From the NCBI GenBank assembly GCA_964385755.1, contig CAYLPZ010000001.1:227529-291528 (forward strand): 64,000 bases of DNA, given 5' to 3'. The notes beneath the pieces are model-generated. The model had not been told where the DNA came from, ran no database searches, and worked only from the letters and a program-made list of their open reading frames with translations. Each line of letters begins with the position of its first letter. Position 1 is the first letter of the stretch. Positions 27,960 through 40,582 of the stretch are shown here, piece by piece. Source of the DNA: an uncultured Coprobacillus sp. Lineage in GTDB: Bacteria > Bacillota_I > Bacilli_A > ML615J-28 > CAG-698. A program made the position numbers and the translations under genes.

Positions 27960-28979
27960 CTATTGTAATTCAGCGAAATACTTAATAGTTCTTACCATTT
28001 GAGAAGTGTAAGAATTTTCATTATCATACCAAGCAACAACTTGAACTTGATATAAATCATCAGAAATTTTCTTAACCATTGTTTGAGTTGCATCAAATAA
28101 TGAACCATAACGAATTCCGATGATATCGCTAGAAACTAATGGTTCTTCAGTGTATCCAAATGATTCAGAAGCTTGAGCTTTCATAGCAGCGTTAACTGTT
28201 TCTGGAGTAACTTCTTTATCAGATTTAACAACAGCAACTAAGATAGTAGTTGAACCAGTTGCAACAGGAACACGTTGAGCAGATCCAATTAATTTACCAT
28301 TTAATTCAGGAATTACAAGACCGATAGCTTTTGCGGCACCAGTTGAGTTAGGAACGATGTTAACAGCAGCAGCTCTTGCTCTTCTTAAATCTTCTTTTCT
28401 ATGAGGTCCATCAAGAACCATTTGATCACCAGTGTAAGCATGAACAGTTGTCATGATACCAGATTGGATTGGGAAATTGTCATTTAAAGCTTTAGTCATT
28501 GGTGCTAAGCAGTTTGTAGTACAAGATGCAGCAGAAATGATTTGATCTTCTTTAGTTAAAGTTTGATGGTTAACATTGTAAACGATAGTCTTTAAATCGT
28601 TTCCAGCAGGTGCAGAAATAACAACTTTTTTAGCTCCAGCTTCAACGTGAGCCATAGATTTTTCTTTAGAAGTATAGAAACCTGTACATTCTAAAACAAC
28701 ATCAACACCAAGTTCTTTCCATGGGCAGTTTCTTGCATCTTTTTCAGCATAGATTGTAATTTCTTTTCCAGCAACAACGATAGATGATTCTTTTGCAACT
28801 ACTTGATCACAATACTCATATCTTCCTTGAGCAGAATCATACTTTAATAAGTGTGCTAACATCTTTGGAGATGTTAAATCATTGATAGCAACGATTTCAT
28901 ATTTGTCGTCACCAAACATTTGTCTAAATGCTAAACGGCCAATACGGCCAAAACCATTAATAGCTACTTTTACAGCCAT
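27960..28979 (-). CDS. gap: Type I glyceraldehyde-3-phosphate dehydrogenase
   Basis: NGFGRIGR Rossmann motif. Active site [10 protein letters not shown]. 339 aa. Confidence 0.9.
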   Translation of the reverse strand: MAVKVAINGFGRIGRLAFRQMFGDDKYEIVAINDLTSPKMLAHLLKYDSAQGRYEYCDQVVAKESSIVVAGKEITIYAEKDARNCPWKELGVDVVLECTGFYTSKEKSMAHVEAGAKKVVISAPAGNDLKTIVYNVNHQTLTKEDQIISAASCTTNCLAPMTKALNDNFPIQSGIMTTVHAYTGDQMVLDGPHRKEDLRRARAAAVNIVPNSTGAAKAIGLVIPELNGKLIGSAQRVPVATGSTTILVAVVKSDKEVTPETVNAAMKAQASESFGYTEEPLVSSDIIGIRYGSLFDATQTMVKKISDDLYQVQVVAWYDNENSYTSQMVRTIKYFAELQ

Positions 28980-29090
28980 AGTAAATAATTCTCCTTTTTC
29001 TTTTATATTTTTATTTTTTTACCTATACTAGTATACCACTTTATCTATAAAAAAACAATAATATTTTACGTAATCTAATAATCTTTTTTA

Positions 29091-30188
29091 TTATTTTGTC
29101 ATTAATGAATTCATAAATGTTTGTATATACTCTCCGACTTCTTCACCTTTTTGTTCATAAATAGTATGAACTCCAGGAAGACGAACAAGATTACAATTAC
29201 CTAAAGATTTTATGTATGGTAATACTTCATTATCTTTATGATTTTTATATTCTTCAAATACTTCTTCAGTTATATTTTTTTCAACATATTCCTCGACATT
29301 TGACAATAATTTATCTTTTCCGTTTTGTGTAAACACCCAATTAAAGAATTCATAATATTCGATAAACTCATCTTTTGTGCAAAAATCAGAAGCTAATACA
29401 TACATCTTTGGAATATCATTTGTTTTTATGCATTCAAAAGCCTTTTTATAATTTTCATCACGATTAAGTGATTCACTTATTAAGGCATATGAATTAATAT
29501 TTTTGTTGTCATAAATCTTAGTAAAACTTTGTAATTCTTTTTTAACAAAGAAATTTGATGTTTGGTCCTTATATATTAAATTATATATTCTTTGAAAGCC
29601 TATCTTACAAAAAAATGATGTAATATAATCAGACTTAGTATAATATTGCTCACCATCACTTTCTAATCTAGGAATTGAACCATCAAGAATTATTACACCC
29701 GCAATTTCATCTGGATAAGTACTTTGCCAATATGTTGCATAAAGTCCACCAATTGAATGAGCTAGTAAAACAATCTTCTTATTAATATTTAAAACATTTA
29801 ACATTTCTTGATAAAATCTAACAATATTCTCTATTGTTTGTTCTTCTTTGGTATCGCTACTCAAACCATAACCAAGTCTATCAATTAACACTACTTGATA
29901 GCTATCAAAACATGGCTCTAAAATATCTTTCATAAAGAAATTGAAATTGTTTACTCCTAAACCTGAAATAGTTACAATAGCATATTCACTGTTTTCATTT
30001 CCTAAGACTAAAGCATTAACCTTATTATCATCATATAAAACTGTATTCACCAAACCATATTCTTTTGCCTTATTAAATTCATTACTTAAACATATTGTGT
30101 TTACAAGATAAAATATTGATAAAATTAAAGCAAAAAAAATAAATATTGAACCAAATATCTTAAGTATTTGTTTAAAACTATTTTTCAT
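29091..30188 (-). CDS. Membrane-anchored alpha/beta-hydrolase fold protein
   Basis: N-terminal TM. Nucleophile elbow AHSIGG. 365 aa. Confidence 0.6.
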   Translation of the reverse strand: MKNSFKQILKIFGSIFIFFALILSIFYLVNTICLSNEFNKAKEYGLVNTVLYDDNKVNALVLGNENSEYAIVTISGLGVNNFNFFMKDILEPCFDSYQVVLIDRLGYGLSSDTKEEQTIENIVRFYQEMLNVLNINKKIVLLAHSIGGLYATYWQSTYPDEIAGVIILDGSIPRLESDGEQYYTKSDYITSFFCKIGFQRIYNLIYKDQTSNFFVKKELQSFTKIYDNKNINSYALISESLNRDENYKKAFECIKTNDIPKMYVLASDFCTKDEFIEYYEFFNWVFTQNGKDKLLSNVEEYVEKNITEEVFEEYKNHKDNEVLPYIKSLGNCNLVRLPGVHTIYEQKGEEVGEYIQTFMNSLMTK

Positions 30189-30311
30189 ATTTCTTACTCC
30201 TTAATATGTATTATATAAGAAAATAATTAAAACTACAAGAAAAAAATACCTAATATGATTATTATTAACAAGTATCATCTTCCTTTTCATATTAGGTAAT
30301 TTAAATTTAAG

Positions 30312-31919
30312 TTATTTACTATTTTTATATTTTATTGCACTATCAATAAATCCTTGGAATAATGGATGAGACCTTGTTGGTCTAGATAGAAATTCAGGAT
30401 GGAACTGACAGGCAACAAACCATGGATGCTCTTTTAACTCTAGAATTTCAACTAATCCTTTATCAGGATTTATTCCTGACGCAACCATTCCATTTTCTTC
30501 AAATAGTTTTAAATACTCATTATTAAACTCATAGCGATGGCGATGACGTTCTTTTATGTTTGTTAGATTATATGCTTCATATGCTTTTGTATTTTCTTTT
30601 ACTTTACAATTATATAAACCTAGGCGAAGTGTTCCACCTTTATGAATTGTTTCATATTGATTATCTAAAAAAGCAATTATTGGATTTTTCGCATTAACAT
30701 CAAACTCTAAACTAGTTGCATCGCTGATATTTAATACATTTCTTGCAAATTCAATTGCGCAAAGCTGCATACCAAGACAAATACCAAAAAAAGGAATCTT
30801 TTCTTCTCTTGCATATTTTATTGCAAGAATCTTTCCTTCTGTTGCTCTTACACCAAAACCACCAGGAACTAAAATTCCATCATGATTTTTAAGTACATCT
30901 TTATAGTTTTCTTCTGTAAGATCTTCGCTTAATATCCAGTCAATATCTATTCTCTTTAAGGATTTATAACCTGCATGTTTTAATGCCTCCGCAACTGATA
31001 AATATGCATCATGTAGTTGTACATATTTACCAACTAAAGCAATTTTTACTTCACCATTTAGATTCTTTATTCTATCAATCATTTGATTCCATTCATTCAT
31101 ATCACAACTTTTTGTCTGCAAGCCAAAATATTTACAAATGTAATCGTCAACCTTTTGTTTGTGTAGTGAATTTGCTACTTCATAAATGATTTTCTGATCT
31201 TTTGATTCAACGATTGCCTCTTTTGGTACATCACAGAAAAGAGCAATTTTTTCTTTCATTGAATCAGTTAAACTTACTTCTGTACGTAAAACAATCATAT
31301 CAGGTGAAATACCAATTGAACGTAATTCCTTAACGCTATGTTGTGTTGGTTTTGTTTTTAGTTCACTTGCGGCTCTTAGGTAAGGTACTAAAGTAGTATG
31401 AATAAAAAATGTATTTTCATTTCCTACATCTCTACGCCACTGTCTAATAGCTTCTAAAAAACTTTCTGATTCGATATCACCAACAGTACCACCGATTTCT
31501 GTTATTATAACATCCGCATTTGAAACTTTTGCGGCAGAAGCAATTTTATCTTTAATCTCATTTGTGATATGTGGAATTATTTGGACAGTACTTCCAAGAT
31601 AATCTCCACGTCTTTCTTTTTCAATAACAGATTTATAAATTCTTCCAGAAGTTATGTTTGATTCTTTTGAAAGATTCTCATCAATAAATCTTTCATAGTG
31701 TCCTAAATCTAAGTCTGTTTCTGCTCCATCATCAGTTACAAACACTTCACCATGTTGATATGGACTCATTGTTCCAGGATCAACATTAATATATGGGTCA
31801 AACTTTTGCATAAAAACCTTTAGACCACGATTTTTTAGTAATCTTCCTATACATGATGCGACAATACCTTTTCCAAGGCTAGATACTACTCCTCCAGTAA
31901 CAAAAATATATTTTGCCAT
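30312..31919 (-). CDS. pyrG: CTP synthase
   Basis: N-terminal synthetase domain ([16 protein letters not shown]) and a glutamine amidotransferase domain (GICLGMQ, H-E catalytic pair). Confidence 0.9.
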   Translation of the reverse strand: MAKYIFVTGGVVSSLGKGIVASCIGRLLKNRGLKVFMQKFDPYINVDPGTMSPYQHGEVFVTDDGAETDLDLGHYERFIDENLSKESNITSGRIYKSVIEKERRGDYLGSTVQIIPHITNEIKDKIASAAKVSNADVIITEIGGTVGDIESESFLEAIRQWRRDVGNENTFFIHTTLVPYLRAASELKTKPTQHSVKELRSIGISPDMIVLRTEVSLTDSMKEKIALFCDVPKEAIVESKDQKIIYEVANSLHKQKVDDYICKYFGLQTKSCDMNEWNQMIDRIKNLNGEVKIALVGKYVQLHDAYLSVAEALKHAGYKSLKRIDIDWILSEDLTEENYKDVLKNHDGILVPGGFGVRATEGKILAIKYAREEKIPFFGICLGMQLCAIEFARNVLNISDATSLEFDVNAKNPIIAFLDNQYETIHKGGTLRLGLYNCKVKENTKAYEAYNLTNIKERHRHRYEFNNEYLKLFEENGMVASGINPDKGLVEILELKEHPWFVACQFHPEFLSRPTRSHPLFQGFIDSAIKYKNSK

Positions 31920-31928
31920 AGTATTACC

Positions 31929-33260
31929 CTATAAATATCTTTCTATTTCCCAATCACTAACAAGCATACGATATTCATCCCATTCAAGTTCTTTAGCCTT
32001 AATATACTTTTGATAGATATGCTCACCAAGTGTTTCACGCATTAATTTACTTTGTTTTAATTCTTTGATAGCATCCTTTAAATTCTCAGGCATATTTTTA
32101 ATACCATTCTTTTCACGTTCTTCTCGAGTATATTCAAAAATATTATCATAAACAGGGTCAATTAATGGGTAATCATCCTTTATACCTTTTAGTCCAGCAG
32201 AGAGAATTGCAGCGAAAGCAAGGTATGGGTTTGCAGATGGATCAACATTACGAACCTCAGTACGTGTTGCATTGCCTCGAGCACATGGTATACGAATCAT
32301 TGAGCTTCTGTTTGCATCACTCCAACAAATATAACATGGTGCTTCATAACCAGGCACTAAACGTTTATATGAGTTCACTGTTGGGTTTGTCACCCCCGCA
32401 ATCTCACGAGCATGAGTAAGTATACCACTTATCCACTTACGACATGTTAACGATAATTTCATTGGATCATTTTCATCAAAGAAAATATTCTTACCATTTT
32501 TGTCAGTCAATGAACAATTAACATGCATACCATTACCAGCTTTAAAAGCAACTGGTTTAGGCATAAAAGTAGCATATAAGTTATATTTTCTAGCAATTTG
32601 TTTTACAACTTGTTTATATGTTTGTACTCTATCACAAGTCTCTAAAGCATCAGAGTAACAAAAGTTTATTTCATTTTGACCAGGACCTACTTCATGATGA
32701 CTTACTTCAACAGGATAACCCATCTTCTCAAGTTCTAAAACAATATCATGACGACAATTTTCACTGCCATCAAGCGGCGCTAAATCAAAATAACTGCCTG
32801 AATCATTAAACTCTAAAATTGGTTTACCATTTTCATCACACTTAAAAAGATAAAATTCCGGCTCAACTCCTACATTAAAAGAATTAAATCCCATATCTTC
32901 CATTTGTTTTAATATTCTTTTTAGATTTGTACGTGGATCACCTAAAAATGGTTCACCATTTGGCATGTATACATCACAAATAAATCTAGCAACTTTGCCA
33001 TATTCACTAGATTCTAAAGACAACACTAGGAAAGTAGAAAGGTCAGGCTGTAAGTACATATCTGCTTCTTTAATACGAACAAATCCTTCAATACTAGAAC
33101 CATCAAACATTACCTTTCCGTTCATTGCATCTTCTAAACGTCTTGCTGGAATTTCTACACTCTTAATAGTACCAAGCATGTCTGTGAACTGTAATTTAAT
33201 GTACTTAACATTCTCTTCTTTACAAATTTTAATAATATCTTCTTTTGTATATTTATTCAC
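31929..33260 (-). CDS. glnA: Glutamine synthetase type I
   Basis: 443 aa with GS beta-grasp and catalytic domains (…FDGSS…, …NPYLA…). 9 bp upstream of pyrG. Confidence 0.9.
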   Translation of the reverse strand: MNKYTKEDIIKICKEENVKYIKLQFTDMLGTIKSVEIPARRLEDAMNGKVMFDGSSIEGFVRIKEADMYLQPDLSTFLVLSLESSEYGKVARFICDVYMPNGEPFLGDPRTNLKRILKQMEDMGFNSFNVGVEPEFYLFKCDENGKPILEFNDSGSYFDLAPLDGSENCRHDIVLELEKMGYPVEVSHHEVGPGQNEINFCYSDALETCDRVQTYKQVVKQIARKYNLYATFMPKPVAFKAGNGMHVNCSLTDKNGKNIFFDENDPMKLSLTCRKWISGILTHAREIAGVTNPTVNSYKRLVPGYEAPCYICWSDANRSSMIRIPCARGNATRTEVRNVDPSANPYLAFAAILSAGLKGIKDDYPLIDPVYDNIFEYTREEREKNGIKNMPENLKDAIKELKQSKLMRETLGEHIYQKYIKAKELEWDEYRMLVSDWEIERYL

Positions 33261-33421
33261 TTTCCTTCACCCCTTTATTAATACGATAATTATATCACTT
33301 TTTCTTCATTTATTAACATTTTTTTTAGAAAAAATCGCTTTCATTTTTATGATAATAATTAATGTAGAAATATTAATATACAATCTTATGTATTACTTAA
33401 AAAGCATATATTATTTGTAAT

Positions 33422-33449
33422 AAAAAAAGAGTTCTGAAAATCAGAACTC
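33422..33449 (-). terminator. Terminator of tex
   Basis: GAGTTCTGA-aaa-TCAGAACTC with flanking A/T runs. Confidence 0.6.
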
Positions 33450-33458
33450 AATTATTAT

Positions 33459-35687
33459 TTATTTTGCATCACGAGGATTTAACATTGATAATTCAACACG
33501 TCCACGTTTTAAATCAACATTAACAACCCATACTTTTATAATATCACCAACAGAAACAACATCAGATGGATGTTTTATATATTTCTTGCTCATACGTGAT
33601 GTATGCACTAAACCATCTTCTTTTACACCACAATCAACGAATGCACCAAAGTCAACAACATTACGAACAGTTCCTTGAAGTTCCATTCCAGGTTGTAAGT
33701 CTTCTAAATGTAATACATCACTACGAAGAATTGGTTTATCAAATTTATCACGTGGGTCACGTAAAGGTGCAACAAATGCATCTAAAATATCATTAAATGT
33801 ATATTCACCAACTTCGAAATTCTTAATAAATTCTTTACGATTTAATTTAGAAATAGTTGTTTGTAGTTCTTTAGAGCCAATATCATCTTTTGTAAATCCA
33901 AGTTTTGTTAAAATATCTTCAGCAACCTTATAACTTTCTGGGTGGATACTAGTCATATCTAGTTTTTCTTCACCATTAGGTATACGTAAGAAACCAATTG
34001 CTTGTTCTAATGTTTTTTCACCTAAACCTTTTACTTTAATATCAGCACGAGATTTAAATGGACCATTTTCATTACGATGGTTAACAATTAGTTTTGCAGT
34101 TTTAGCGTTTAAGCCAGATACTCTTGTTAGAAGTGGAACTGATGCACTATTAATATTTACACCAACACTATTAACAGCAGTAGATACAACAAAGTCAAGA
34201 GAATCACTTAATTTAGATTGTGATACATCATATTGATATTGACCAACGCCAATTGATTTAGGGTCAATTTTTACAAGTTCAGCAAGTGGATCTTGTAATC
34301 TACGAGCGATAGAAACTGCAGAACGTTCTTCTACATGATAATCTGGGAACTCTTCTTGAGCTATTTTACTAGCAGAATAAATTGATGCACCTGCTTCATT
34401 TACAATGATATAGTGAACATCTTTTTTGATTTGTTTAATACAATCAGCAATAAAACTTTCAGTTTCACGACTAGCAGTACCATTACCAATAGCAATTACT
34501 TCTACATTATATTTATCAATAAATGCGCGAACGATATCGAATGATTGAGCTGTTCTAGCATCACTAACAACTTCTTCTTTGTTCTTTTGGTTAGGAAAAA
34601 TTACACCTTTATCAAGTACTTTTCCAGTTGCATCAACAACTGCAAGTTTACATCCAGTACGATAAGCAGGGTCAACACCTAACACAACTTTTCCCTTCAT
34701 TGGAGGAGTTAGTAAGTAATTCTTTAAATTAAGTGAGAAAATTGAAATTGCATGATCTTCAGCACTTTCTTTTAACTCTGCACGAATATCTCGTTCAATT
34801 GATGGTTTAATTAAACGTTTATAACTGTCTTCTATTGCTTCTTCAACATATTTTACTGTAATAGATTCTGGATTTGTAATAACCTGTTTACGTAGAAATC
34901 TATAAACACGTTCAACATCCTCAACGATTCCAACACGTAAAACTTTTTCAGATTCACCACGATTGATCGCTAAAATACGATGTGATTTAATCTCATTTAG
35001 TGGTTCTTTATAATCATAATACATTTCATATGTATGTTTTTCATCTAAAGTAATATCTTTCAATTGTGATTGAAGTTGTGAAGAAATTTGGAATAAACGA
35101 CGAATCCAGCGACGATATCTAGGTTCATCACTAATGATTTCCGCAATTATATCTTCTGCTCCTTGTAAAGCTTCTTTTGTATTTTTAACTACTAAGCCAT
35201 CTTTTTCAATTTCTGGAGTAATTTCTTTAGTTACATATTTACTTGCTTCTTCTTCGACATTTCCTTCAGTAGGGAATGATAATAAATAACTAGCAAGACC
35301 TTCAAGACCTTTTCTCTTTGCTTCAGTTGCTCTCGTTTTTTTCTTTTCTTTAAATGGACGATAAATGTCTTCTAGTTCAGTTAATTTATTAGATACTATA
35401 ATTTGTTGTCTGATTTCATCAGTAAGCTTACCTTTTTCTTCAATTAAACGAATTATATCTTCTTTTCTTTCAGCAAGCTTTTGTCCATAATCCCATTCCT
35501 GATAAATAGCACGAATTTGATCTTCATCTAATCCACCAGTTACCTCTTTACGATAACGAGCAATAAAAGGAACAGTTCCACCATCTTCAATTAATTTAAG
35601 AACTGCTTGTATTTGTGAAACTTTGACATTAAGCTTTTCTGATATTTGTTTTAATAATTCATCATTTATATAGTTATTATTAGCCAT
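33459..35687 (-). CDS. tex: Transcription accessory protein Tex (YqgF/HhH/S1 domains)
   Basis: 742 aa. N-terminal HTH, YqgF RNase-H-like fold, HhH repeats, C-terminal S1 domain (GTVRNVVDFGAFVD). Confidence 0.9.
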   Translation of the reverse strand: MANNNYINDELLKQISEKLNVKVSQIQAVLKLIEDGGTVPFIARYRKEVTGGLDEDQIRAIYQEWDYGQKLAERKEDIIRLIEEKGKLTDEIRQQIIVSNKLTELEDIYRPFKEKKKTRATEAKRKGLEGLASYLLSFPTEGNVEEEASKYVTKEITPEIEKDGLVVKNTKEALQGAEDIIAEIISDEPRYRRWIRRLFQISSQLQSQLKDITLDEKHTYEMYYDYKEPLNEIKSHRILAINRGESEKVLRVGIVEDVERVYRFLRKQVITNPESITVKYVEEAIEDSYKRLIKPSIERDIRAELKESAEDHAISIFSLNLKNYLLTPPMKGKVVLGVDPAYRTGCKLAVVDATGKVLDKGVIFPNQKNKEEVVSDARTAQSFDIVRAFIDKYNVEVIAIGNGTASRETESFIADCIKQIKKDVHYIIVNEAGASIYSASKIAQEEFPDYHVEERSAVSIARRLQDPLAELVKIDPKSIGVGQYQYDVSQSKLSDSLDFVVSTAVNSVGVNINSASVPLLTRVSGLNAKTAKLIVNHRNENGPFKSRADIKVKGLGEKTLEQAIGFLRIPNGEEKLDMTSIHPESYKVAEDILTKLGFTKDDIGSKELQTTISKLNRKEFIKNFEVGEYTFNDILDAFVAPLRDPRDKFDKPILRSDVLHLEDLQPGMELQGTVRNVVDFGAFVDCGVKEDGLVHTSRMSKKYIKHPSDVVSVGDIIKVWVVNVDLKRGRVELSMLNPRDAK

Positions 35688-35792
35688 AATTTTACTCCTT
35701 ATTTCTTAAAAATATCCTTACATATTATACCACTTTTTAACCTTTTATACAAGCAAAAATTTAAGTATTTACAAGTAAATAAAATCGCTAAA

Positions 35793-35824
35793 AACAAAAA
35801 AAATCATAGGTTTCCCTATGATTT
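35793..35824 (-). terminator. Terminator of the repeat-lipoprotein locus
   Basis: ATCATAGG-tttc-CCTATGAT hairpin with a T-run on the minus strand. Confidence 0.55.
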
Positions 35825-35831
35825 TAATCTA

Positions 35832-38351
35832 TTATTCAGATACAATAGTAACTGATTTTAAAGCAACCTGAGTATTTTTTGAGTTACTACTTTTAACTAC
35901 TAAACGTACCTTTAAAACACCTTCAGGTAATTCAGTTGTTTTAAGTGTTTCAGGAGTTTGAATTTCACTACTACATTTAACCCATGTAGAGCCATCTAAT
36001 GTGTATTCAATGTAAATAGCATCTAAAGTCTTTGTATTCCATTGAAGAAGCTCAAATGTAGCACTCTTAAGTGTTCCACCAAATCCAGATACTATTGCAT
36101 AAACTTCTGGGTAAGAAGAACTTGCGGCAATTACTGGACAATCAGTAATTGTTGTTGTTTGTGAAGATACACGTGAAAAATTAACTGTTAATCCATTAGA
36201 TTCTACTACTCTTTCAGAATATCCACTTTCCCAACCACTATTTGTGCCAATAAGTGAAGCAACAATTGTTCCAGGTTCAGTAGGATTAGGTTCTGGTTCT
36301 GGTTTTGGTTCAGGCATAATACCATCACCATTAACAGAAACAGCCATAACATTTAAATATTTTCCACTACCAGTTACATTTGTGATATAACCAATAACTT
36401 CAATGATTGTACCATCTAAAGCAGTTAATGCTTCTTTATCTACTGGATAAGAAATACTACCAGTAATTGTTGCACCTTCTAATGCAACATTGAAATATTT
36501 ACCACTTGAAACTGTTAATACGCCAGTCATCTTAATAAACAATGATTCCACATTTTCCATATTTGCGTAAGCATCGTATTCTTGAGTAGTTAATTCTACA
36601 GGAGTTCCATGATCTACTGTTTCAGTTCCTGTTACAGTATAAGCTGTACCAGCTGCAAATTGCATTGCCCCACCATATAGAGCAGTTGTACCATCAACAG
36701 TCACAACATCACCAACTTTAACATCTGCTGTCCAGTTTGAACCTTGGTAAACTAAAATCGTACCAGTTGCATCTTTAATTAAGAAGCTTTGAGAATTTAC
36801 AACAACAACAGTTCCTTTTGTTTGAGCCACACTTCCAGCTTCTAATGCTTTCACTTGTGCAATTGTTCCTTCAGTTGGTTCTGGGTTTGGTTAATCTTCA
36901 CCAGATGTTTCTTTTACGCTTGTTGCCATAATATTAACATATTTTCCACTACCTGTTACATTTGTAATATAACCAACAACTTCTATTGTTTTACCATCAA
37001 GTAATGCTAATGCATCAGTATCAACAGGATATGAAATACTACCAGTTACTTGAGCACCACTGATTGTAACGTTATAATATTTACTATTTGAAATAGATAA
37101 AACACCAGTGATTTTTGCATAGATTACTTCAACTTTTTCTGTGCTACTATAAGCATTAAGTTCACTAATAGATAATTCTTTTACTTGTGGGTAAGTAACT
37201 GTTTCTTTACCAACAACTTCATATGAAGAAGATTTTACTTGTACAGAATTACCATAAACTTCAATAGCTCCAGTTGCAGTAACTTTATCACCAATAGCTA
37301 AATCTTTTGCGAAAGAAGTTCCACAGAATACTAAAATAGATCCAGTTGCATCAGAAAGTACAAATCCTTGTGCATTAGTTGCAACAACTACACCAGTTGC
37401 TTGAGCTTGGCTTCCAACTTCTAGTGTTTTAACTTGTGCAATTGTTCCTTCAGTTGGAGGCTCAACTTGTTGTTCACCTAAATCTTTAATTTCTGTGTAC
37501 ATAATATTTAAATATTTATTACCACTAGCTGTACCAGTAGCATATCCGTAAACTTCAACAACATGGTTTTCATAGTTTGAAATTTCCATCGTAGAAATAG
37601 GATAACTAATAGAACCAACAGTAGAAGCACCTGTAACAGCAACGTTATAATATTTACCACTGCTAATTGTTAATACACCTGTAATTTTAATATATTCACA
37701 TGTAAAACCATTAGCAACATATGCGTCAAGTTCAGCACCAGTTAACTCTCTTGCTTCTCCTAGAGCAGCAACATCTGTTCCAATCTTAGTATAAGTTGTA
37801 TCTCTACTAAATTGTTTTACACCATTATATTCATCAATATCGCCATTAACTAATACTTTATCGCCTACTTCAACATCTTGTGTCCAGCTTGTGCCTTTAA
37901 ATACTAAAATGTAACCAGTACTATCTTTTAATAAGAAACTTTGAGCATTCTTTGCAGCTACAACACCAGGAATTTCTAAAACATCACCAACAGTTGCTTT
38001 ATATGCATCCGCAATTGTCTTATAACTTGTTCCTTTAACAATAAGTTTAATTTCCTTTGTAACTTCAACATCACCATATGTCATTTTTGCAGTTAAAGTT
38101 ACCTCAACATCACTACCACTTGTGTTAGATACTTTTCCATCATTTGATAGAACACTAGGATTAGATGAAGACCATTCAATATATAGATTTCCAGACTTAG
38201 TTGGAAGAATTAAATCTTCTGATACTTCATTAACGTTTACGCCCTCAAAGAATTGTTCAAATCTAGCATCAAAATTGAAGCCTTGATCCCCACAGCCAAC
38301 AAATGTAAACATCATAAAGAATGCTACAAGTACTAAAAGTAATTTTTTCAT
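35832..38351 (-). pseudogene. Surface lipoprotein with an N-terminal Ig-like domain and three ~190-aa OB-fold-like repeats, split by a single in-frame TAA (ORFs 36891-38351 and 35832-36854)
   Basis: Lipoprotein signal MKKLLLVLVAFFMMFTFVGC. Repeat unit TEGTIAQVKxLExGSxAQxxGxVVxxNxQxFxLxDATGxILV…GSISYP…GSGKY occurs three times. The stop at 36891-36893 sits between repeats 2 and 3. The downstream ORF is in the same frame 12 codons later (…SGED*PNPEPTEGTIAQVKAL…) and begins with GTG, with no RBS or signal peptide. Confidence 0.6.
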
Positions 38352-38395
38352 AAACTTTTCTTCTCCTTTTATATGAATTAATTAAAATATTATGA

Positions 38396-40429
38396 TTAAT
38401 CTTTTACTTCATCAATTTCTATATCAACTTTTGCATCATTATTATCTATTTTTTCTATATCATCTATACTTGAATAAGTTTGTTTACATTCAGGATATCT
38501 ATTACATGCAAAGAACTTTTGCCCTTTGCTTCTTCCCTTTTTACTTATTCGTTCTACAATGTGACCTATTTTGCAATTTGGACAAATAATATTTAAATCT
38601 ATTGTTTGTTCTGGTTCCTTTTTCTTTATAAAATGACAATTTGGATAGCCTGAACAAGCAACAAATTCACCAAATCTACCATTACGTTTGACTAGTGGTT
38701 TCCCACACTCAGGACATAATTCATCAAGAAGAACTGGATAAATCTTTTCCATTTTTTCATCTGCTTCTTTTACTAGTGGCATATAATCTTCATAAAATAG
38801 TTTAATTTGATTTTGCCAGTTCTTCTTTCCTTCCGCAATCAAATCTAGTCCTTCTTCCATATTTGCTGTGTATTTAACATTAATAATTGGGCTAAAGAAA
38901 TCATTAAGTTTTTCACTCGTTAAAATTCCTTGTTCAGTTGGAACCAAAGTTTTATTTTGAATTTTCACATATAAACGTTGTTTTAATGTTTCAACAGTTT
39001 GCGCATATGTAGATGGTCTACCAATACCTAGTTCTTTCATCTTATTAATAATACGTCCTTCAGAGTATCGTTGAGGCGGAGAAGTGAATTTTTGCTCAGG
39101 AGTTACATTAGCTTTAGTAACTTTTTCTCCTTCAATCATTTCAGGAAGTGTTTTTGTACTATCATCTAAATCTTCGTAAATTGCAAGATAACCATCAAAC
39201 TTAACACGCTCACCATTTGCCTCAAATATATATCCATTGTTATCTACTCTAATTTTTTGATCTTCAATTAATGCAGGAGTCATTACTGCCGCAAGTGCCT
39301 TATAATAAATCAAATTATAAAGTTTATATTCATCATTTGATAAATATTTCTTGATATCATTAGGTTTATATTCAAGTTTTGATGGTCTAATAGCCTCATG
39401 AGCGTCTTGAACATTTTTATCTTTAGATTTTGTATCACTATAACCTTTAAAGTAATTTTGACCATACTCTTTTTCAATTAACTTTTTCGCATTATTAATG
39501 AACTCATCAGATAACCTAACTGAATCGGTACGCATATATGTAATTAAACCAACGCGTTCTTTTTCTAGTTCAACACCTTCATATAATGATTGTGCAACCA
39601 TCATTGTTTTTTTAGCGTTAAAACCAAGTTTTGAATACGCTTCTTGTAAAAGTGATGAAGTTGTAAAAGGAGGTTTAGGGTTTCTATAACGATCTTTTTT
39701 AATTATTTCTTTCACAATAAAATCACTAGAAAGTGAGGATAATACAGCATCAGCTTCTTCTTTATTTTTAAGTTTAATCTTATTATCATTAAAACTTACT
39801 AAAATTGCTGAAACTTTTTTATTTTTCTTTGTAAAATCTAAATAAATTTCCCAATATTCTTCTTTTTGAAACTGATTTATTTCTTTTTCACGATCACAAA
39901 TAATCTTAAGAACCACACTTTGTACACGCCCAGCAGATTTAGATCCTATCTTTCGTTGTAAAAGTTTAGATAAACTAAAACCGATAATACGATCATAAAT
40001 TCTTCGTGATTCCTGTGAATGAACAAGATCAATATCTATACCTCTACCATTTTGAATGCTATTAAGTACTGCACTCTTAGTTACTTCGTTAAAAACAATT
40101 CTTTCATAAGGCTTTTTGTCAAGTCCCAATACCTGTGCTAAATGCCAACTAATCGCTTCACCTTCACGGTCTGGATCGGTTGCAAGATATACATAATCAC
40201 TTTTCTTAACTAATTGTTTTAGTTCACGAATAACTGGAAGTTTATCATTGAGTAATTTATACATAGGTGTAAAATTATTTTCAATATCCACACCAAAACC
40301 ACCATAGCCTCTTGTAGTTAAATCTCGAATATGACCTTTACTAGACGTAACAACATAATCGCTACCAAGATATTTCTCTATGGTTTTTGATTTTGCAGGA
40401 CTTTCTACAATTACAAGTTTATTTCCCAT
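38396..40429 (-). CDS. topA: DNA topoisomerase I
   Basis: TOPRIM N-terminus (LVIVESPAKSKTIEKYLG). Active-site Tyr region. Two C-terminal C4 zinc ribbons. Confidence 0.9.
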   Translation of the reverse strand: MGNKLVIVESPAKSKTIEKYLGSDYVVTSSKGHIRDLTTRGYGGFGVDIENNFTPMYKLLNDKLPVIRELKQLVKKSDYVYLATDPDREGEAISWHLAQVLGLDKKPYERIVFNEVTKSAVLNSIQNGRGIDIDLVHSQESRRIYDRIIGFSLSKLLQRKIGSKSAGRVQSVVLKIICDREKEINQFQKEEYWEIYLDFTKKNKKVSAILVSFNDNKIKLKNKEEADAVLSSLSSDFIVKEIIKKDRYRNPKPPFTTSSLLQEAYSKLGFNAKKTMMVAQSLYEGVELEKERVGLITYMRTDSVRLSDEFINNAKKLIEKEYGQNYFKGYSDTKSKDKNVQDAHEAIRPSKLEYKPNDIKKYLSNDEYKLYNLIYYKALAAVMTPALIEDQKIRVDNNGYIFEANGERVKFDGYLAIYEDLDDSTKTLPEMIEGEKVTKANVTPEQKFTSPPQRYSEGRIINKMKELGIGRPSTYAQTVETLKQRLYVKIQNKTLVPTEQGILTSEKLNDFFSPIINVKYTANMEEGLDLIAEGKKNWQNQIKLFYEDYMPLVKEADEKMEKIYPVLLDELCPECGKPLVKRNGRFGEFVACSGYPNCHFIKKKEPEQTIDLNIICPNCKIGHIVERISKKGRSKGQKFFACNRYPECKQTYSSIDDIEKIDNNDAKVDIEIDEVKD

Positions 40430-40582
40430 ACTTACTAATTTTCATAATAAATATTATTATGATCCTTTCTGTATAATAAGTGTAATTTTATATCAATAAT
40501 TTATTGCTTAAAAATTTATCAAACAGCCAAATAAAATTATAACATTATAAACATAACTATGCAATAGTAAATTGTTAAATTT

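Noticed and set aside
33261-33421. TnrA/GlnR box (TGTNA-N7-TNACA) or other leader element in front of glnA
   Set aside because: TGTAGAAATATTAATATACA is only a loose palindrome and does not fit the 17-bp consensus. No glnR gene is adjacent.
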